In this document: in pieces, positions 58,061 through 61,812 of the stretch | Layout of the letters: each line of letters begins with the position of its first letter | Numbering within the stretch: the stretch's first letter is position 1 | Source: an uncultured Bacilli bacterium | Lineage (GTDB): Bacteria; Bacillota_I; Bacilli_A; RF39; UBA660 | DNA: 61,812 bases | Assembly (NCBI GenBank): GCA_947628145.1 | Contig: CANQYU010000001.1 | Span: forward strand, 1 to 61,812 | Direction: 5' to 3' | The notes under the pieces: model-generated | What the model was told of the DNA's origin: nothing | Seen by the model: only the letters and a program-made list of their open reading frames with translations | Database searches by the model: none | Program-made: the position numbers and the translations under genes

Positions 58061-58651
58061 TTATGGTTTAAGCTCTTCTTCTTTTAAAGGCTCATTGCAT
58101 TTATTATTTAATTGTGATATATTATTTATAGATGTGGAAATATTCTGTTTGCTTTTCGTTTGGGACGTATGGTGAAAGGTTAAATTTTGATTTAAAGCAT
58201 GAACCGAAGCAGATGATATTTTCCACATTGTTTTTATAATTAAGTATTTACTTTTGATAGGTACAACCTCAACGATATATGTAAAATGATGGTTGTATTT
58301 TTTTATGTATCTAATAGTTACATTACCTTTTTGATTATTTCCTTTTATAATTTTAGTAGGTTTTAATATGATTTCTGGTATATTAATTAAATTAAAAATA
58401 GTTAAGGCTATTTGGTCTTTTTTAATTTTATTTTGAAAATTGCTATGATTATTATACATATGCCTTATATCATTATCAACTAAGATATGAACTCTATTTT
58501 CAACACTAAAGCCAATTAATTTTTCAATTTGTTTAGCTACTTTGGGAGCTATTTTTCCTAAATATAGTTTATTATGGGAATTTTTACTATTTAAAGCTCG
58601 ATATATTGTTTTTTCTAATTCTTTTATTTTATTCTTTTCTTCTCTTTCCAT
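58061..58651 (-). CDS. Hypothetical; possible PBECR-type (Barnase/EndoU/ColicinE5-D/RelE-like) nuclease domain protein
   Basis: The layout LGKIAPKVAKQIEKLIG..VHILVDNDIRHMYNNH ... IPEIILKPTKII...YIVEVV...IIKTMWKIS resembles my recollection of small PBECR toxins (..L.D.RI.HI..H.., ..PD.I.., ..T.W). By recall only. Confidence 0.35.
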   Translation of the reverse strand: MEREEKNKIKELEKTIYRALNSKNSHNKLYLGKIAPKVAKQIEKLIGFSVENRVHILVDNDIRHMYNNHSNFQNKIKKDQIALTIFNLINIPEIILKPTKIIKGNNQKGNVTIRYIKKYNHHFTYIVEVVPIKSKYLIIKTMWKISSASVHALNQNLTFHHTSQTKSKQNISTSINNISQLNNKCNEPLKEEELKP

Positions 58652-58740
58652 ATTGCCATCCTTTAAGTATACTAATACTTACATATGTTCGCCATAAAGC
58701 CAAATTTTATAAATAATATATGAAAAAAATTAATTTTGGT

Positions 58741-58768
58741 GATATTTTTTAAAGCTTTAACATAGTTT
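58741..58768 (+). promoter_or_regulatory. Candidate SigE-type (mother-cell) promoter of spoIVA
   Basis: GATATT, a 14-nt spacer, then CATAGTTT, compared with the recalled consensus (k/m)ATATT-N14-CATACA-T. Located about 30 nt upstream of the start. Confidence 0.35.
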
Positions 58769-58798
58769 TAATTAGAAAGTTTGAAAGATGGTGAAATT

Positions 58799-60277
58799 TT
58801 GGAAAAAAAAGAATTACTGGAGTCAATATCCAAAAGAGGTAATGGCAGTATATATCTTGGGGTTGTGGGGGCGGTTCGGACTGGTAAATCAACTTTTATT
58901 AAAAGATTTATAGAAAACTTAGTAGTGCCTAATATTACCGACGAATATGAAAAAAAGCATTGTTTGGATGAAATTCCTCAAAGTGCACAAGGTAAAACAA
59001 TAATGACCACTGAACCAAAATTTGTTCCCTCTAATGGCGCGGTTGTGCAAGTTGGAGAATTTAGTACCAATATTAAACTGGTTGATTGTGTAGGTTTTGT
59101 TATTCCGGGAGCAAATGGTTATGAAAATGAAGATGGCGAACCTAGAATGGTTAAAACACCTTGGTTTGAAGATTCAATTCCTTTTGTAGAAGCCGCGGAA
59201 ATTGGGACAGAAAAAGTTATTAGAGACCACGCGACAATTGGTATTGTAGTAACTACGGATGGTTCTTTTGGGGAAATTCCTAGAAATAATTATATTGACG
59301 CGGAAGCTAAAGTTATTAATGAATTAAAAGATATTGGTAAACCTTTTATTGTTATTTTAAATAGTGTTCATCCGACTAATACTGAGACTATTAGAGTAGC
59401 AAGAGAAATGGAAGAAGAATATAATGTTCCAGTTATGCCAATAAGTGCTGAAAAAATGAATGAAATAGAAATAATGGAAATACTTAAAAAAGCTTTATAT
59501 GAATTCCCAGTTTTAGATATTAAAGTTAATGTACCTGATTGGATAGATGCTTTACCTAAAGAACATGAAATTAAACAACATTATTTAGAAAAAATTAGAG
59601 AAAGTGTTGTTAGTGTCGAAAAAATTAAAGATATTGATTTTATTTTAGAACATTTTCAAGATAGTGAATATATCGCTAAATCATATATAAGTGAATTAGA
59701 TGCCGCGACTGGTACAGTAACAATTACTTTAGAGGCTAAAGAAGAACTTTATAATGAGGTACTTAAAAGTATGATGGGTGATGCCGCCTCTAGTAAAGCT
59801 GGGATGATTAAAATATTTGCTAATTATAAAGAAGCTAAAGAAGAAATGGATGGTATTAAAACTGCCCTTAATGTTGCTAGACAGTCAGGCTATGGAATTG
59901 TATATCCAACAATTAAAGATATGAAATTAGAAACTCCAGAAATAGTTAAACAAGGTACAAGATATGGAGTTAAATTAAAAGCTACGGCTTCTTCAGTTCA
60001 TTTAATGAAAGTAGAGGTCCAATCAACTTTTGAACCAATAATAGGTTCCGAACAACAAAGTAAAGAACTTATTAACTATTTAATGAAAGATTATGAAAAA
60101 GACCCTAATTCAATATGGCAAAGTGAAATATTTGGACGAAGCTTAGAAGCAATAGTTCAAGAAGGAATACAAGCAAAACTTTCTATGATGCCTGAAGCAA
60201 CAAGATATAAATTATCGCAAACTGTAACTAAAATAGTTAATAAAGGGGCTAATAATTTAATAGCTATTGTATTATAA
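58799..60277 (+). CDS. spoIVA: Stage IV sporulation protein A (coat-basement ATPase)
   Basis: Collinear with B. subtilis SpoIVA: IYLGVVGAVRTGKSTFIK Walker A through ...LIAIVL at the C-terminus. The TTG at 58799 gives 492 aa, aligning with B. subtilis MEKVDIF.. The ORF track starts at a TTG at 58781. Confidence 0.9.
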   Translation: MEKKELLESISKRGNGSIYLGVVGAVRTGKSTFIKRFIENLVVPNITDEYEKKHCLDEIPQSAQGKTIMTTEPKFVPSNGAVVQVGEFSTNIKLVDCVGFVIPGANGYENEDGEPRMVKTPWFEDSIPFVEAAEIGTEKVIRDHATIGIVVTTDGSFGEIPRNNYIDAEAKVINELKDIGKPFIVILNSVHPTNTETIRVAREMEEEYNVPVMPISAEKMNEIEIMEILKKALYEFPVLDIKVNVPDWIDALPKEHEIKQHYLEKIRESVVSVEKIKDIDFILEHFQDSEYIAKSYISELDAATGTVTITLEAKEELYNEVLKSMMGDAASSKAGMIKIFANYKEAKEEMDGIKTALNVARQSGYGIVYPTIKDMKLETPEIVKQGTRYGVKLKATASSVHLMKVEVQSTFEPIIGSEQQSKELINYLMKDYEKDPNSIWQSEIFGRSLEAIVQEGIQAKLSMMPEATRYKLSQTVTKIVNKGANNLIAIVL

Positions 60278-60311
60278 AAGAACATTTCGATTTGAAATGT
60301 TCTTTTGCTTT
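60278..60311 (+). terminator. Intrinsic terminator of spoIVA
   Basis: Hairpin AAGAACATTTC-loop-GAAATGTTCTT followed by TTGCTTT. Confidence 0.65.
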
Positions 60312-60405
60312 AATACTACCTCACATTATAACTAATTACAAATAATTTTTATGTAAAACTCAAGTTATTATTAAACCTGAGTTAAGGTATTTCAAATTTA
60401 TTTTT

Positions 60406-61812
60406 TTATGATGGTATATATGGGTCGTCTACTGTTCCACTACCTGAAAAATTTGTAGTAGCTTTCAGATTTATTACTGGACGCACACCATAAGGGCTAC
60501 TCACGTTGCCGTTGCCGGTATTGAGGTCACCACTAGTGTTTACAATGAACATGTAAGCATAGCTACTACTAAAGTGAGATGGGGTCATAGTCCAATAGTA
60601 CTTATTTGTATATAAATAATAGTTTAAGTTTGCTTCTCCAGCTTTCCCTCCGGCCATGGCTACTTCATCCGCAGTAATTAATCCTACTGGATATTGTAGC
60701 ATTCCATTTCCTTCCTCTGTTTCGTCACTCGTTGTGAATAAATCTCTTTGTAATGCAAACTGATTTACTATTTTTGTTTTTAGGTCTACTCCACATCTTA
60801 AATCTGGTGTTTGAGTTTTCAAATAGCTCGAAGCATCAGAAAATCTATCAACTGCGGCATAACTTGTTGCACTATTATAACTGCTACCATATCCAGTATT
60901 ATAGTCACTACTTCTGTATACTTGAGCAATTTGCCTATCATTACAAAAGCCAGTATTTCCACTTAAATATTTTCTATATTCTTCGGGTATTCCTTTTTCT
61001 TTGCCTTCAAAGCTTCCCGCTCCTTCATACCAATCGTTTATATATTTGGCTATGTCACTCGGATTTGTTTTTAAACTTTTATGAGCAACAGCATAATCAC
61101 TTGCACTTGGTGTTCCAAAATAATATCCTACATATGTATTATCATTATTAGGATTACTTTTGTATGCTACCCCTGTGTCTCCATTTATTTGGGTATTATT
61201 TCCTGTTGTGTCAGTACAATTTGCACTACCACATTGGTATATTAAGCGAAGTGTTCCATCTCCATTTATTCGGATTATCCTCCATCTTTTATTGGCAAAT
61301 TGTACCCAGTTATCTTGAACATTTCCTCGGAATACATAACTTGTTCCATAGTTATCTTCGGTTGTATATAATTTTCCTGTTGAACTTGATGTATCTCTTT
61401 CGCTTATTGTTGGCATAGGAAGAATTGTATAGTTGTTTCCACCCTTAGCTTCCTGTAATTTTGCAAGCATATTTTCCGCGGTTGGCATTTTCTCAAAATA
61501 TAATACACATCCTGTTCCACTTTGGGTTAAATTATCTACATAAAATCTCTTATTAATATAATCCCATACTGGTTTAGCTTCATTAGAACACATGCTTTGT
61601 TCATTTAATGACCATTTACCTTCTGTTGGCATTTTATCTGCTTCTTCATATTCTCCTGTTTCTTCGTTTTGTATATACATTGCCATTATTTCTATATCTG
61701 GTTTGGCATCACTTGCTTCGACTGTTACTACTCCGTCAAATCCTAATCCTATATCTTCATTTTGACTTGTCTCTTTATTTGGATATTCTAATATGACATA
61801 ATAATATACTGT
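60406..61812 (-). CDS. Paralog C of the surface-protein family (5' end lies beyond the window edge; partial)
   Basis: The frame stays open upstream of the first Met to position 61812 (..YYYVILEYPNKETSQNEDIGLGFDGVVTVEASDAKPDIEIMAMYIQ..). That stretch is collinear with paralog B residues ..YYVIIEYPNESEDQ..DINILAI.. The C-terminal 20 aa are nearly identical to paralog A. Confidence 0.85.
   Translation of the reverse strand, partial: TVYYYVILEYPNKETSQNEDIGLGFDGVVTVEASDAKPDIEIMAMYIQNEETGEYEEADKMPTEGKWSLNEQSMCSNEAKPVWDYINKRFYVDNLTQSGTGCVLYFEKMPTAENMLAKLQEAKGGNNYTILPMPTISERDTSSSTGKLYTTEDNYGTSYVFRGNVQDNWVQFANKRWRIIRINGDGTLRLIYQCGSANCTDTTGNNTQINGDTGVAYKSNPNNDNTYVGYYFGTPSASDYAVAHKSLKTNPSDIAKYINDWYEGAGSFEGKEKGIPEEYRKYLSGNTGFCNDRQIAQVYRSSDYNTGYGSSYNSATSYAAVDRFSDASSYLKTQTPDLRCGVDLKTKIVNQFALQRDLFTTSDETEEGNGMLQYPVGLITADEVAMAGGKAGEANLNYYLYTNKYYWTMTPSHFSSSYAYMFIVNTSGDLNTGNGNVSSPYGVRPVINLKATTNFSGSGTVDDPYIPS

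Noticed and set aside
1-61812. CRISPR arrays, rRNA genes, IS elements or transposases, and a DGR reverse transcriptase or template repeat within the window.
   Set aside because: No regularly spaced direct repeats and no rRNA-like GC-rich conserved stretches. No ORF has DDE/transposase, integrase or RT (YxDD) motifs. The 21-mer GGTGTGCGTCCAGTAATAAAT occurs only in the three paralogs, so a template repeat, if any, lies elsewhere.

Overview
AT-rich (about 30% GC) chromosomal segment from a low-GC, endospore-forming Firmicute that uses the standard genetic code. All identifications come from hand-read motifs and recalled family signatures; no searches were run. Most of the window is housekeeping sequence on the minus strand: ileS with an Ile T-box leader, glyQS, rpoB-rpoC preceded by a ybxB-like methyltransferase, dnaI plus a DnaB/DnaD-type initiator, priA, replicative helicase dnaB, rplI, lspA, rluD, rluB, rlmH and ung. 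Sporulation genes are scattered through it (sigG, ylmC/ymxH, spoIVA, yunB, gerQ, CotF-like and CotZ/CotY-like coat proteins). There are two tRNAs: Pro-UGG at the left edge and Met-CAU.

The non-core content is the interesting part.
1. Three dispersed paralogous genes (5089-6543, 19754-21688, 60406 to the window edge) encode large secreted or anchored proteins. Each carries a 90-nt, GC-rich, A-poor, NNC-codon hypervariable patch. The patch lies between invariant flanks in a DUF1566/DUF6273-like C-terminal domain. Substitutions are almost all non-synonymous, as in diversity-generating-retroelement variable regions, but no reverse transcriptase or template repeat is present in this window.
2. Two of the paralogs are divergently paired with small HTH regulators, with palindromic operator candidates in the shared intergenic regions.
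3. An orphan holin / M23-endolysin cassette sits downstream of ileS.
4. Two loci share a type-I toxin-antitoxin-like geometry: convergent promoters, an inverted repeat, a small ORF with a partly occluded SD, and a terminated antisense RNA.
5. glyQS has a very short terminator-only leader and no T-box.
6. There is an orphan MvaI/BcnI-like endonuclease and a PBECR-like nuclease.

No CRISPR array, rRNA, transposase, integrase or complete prophage is visible.
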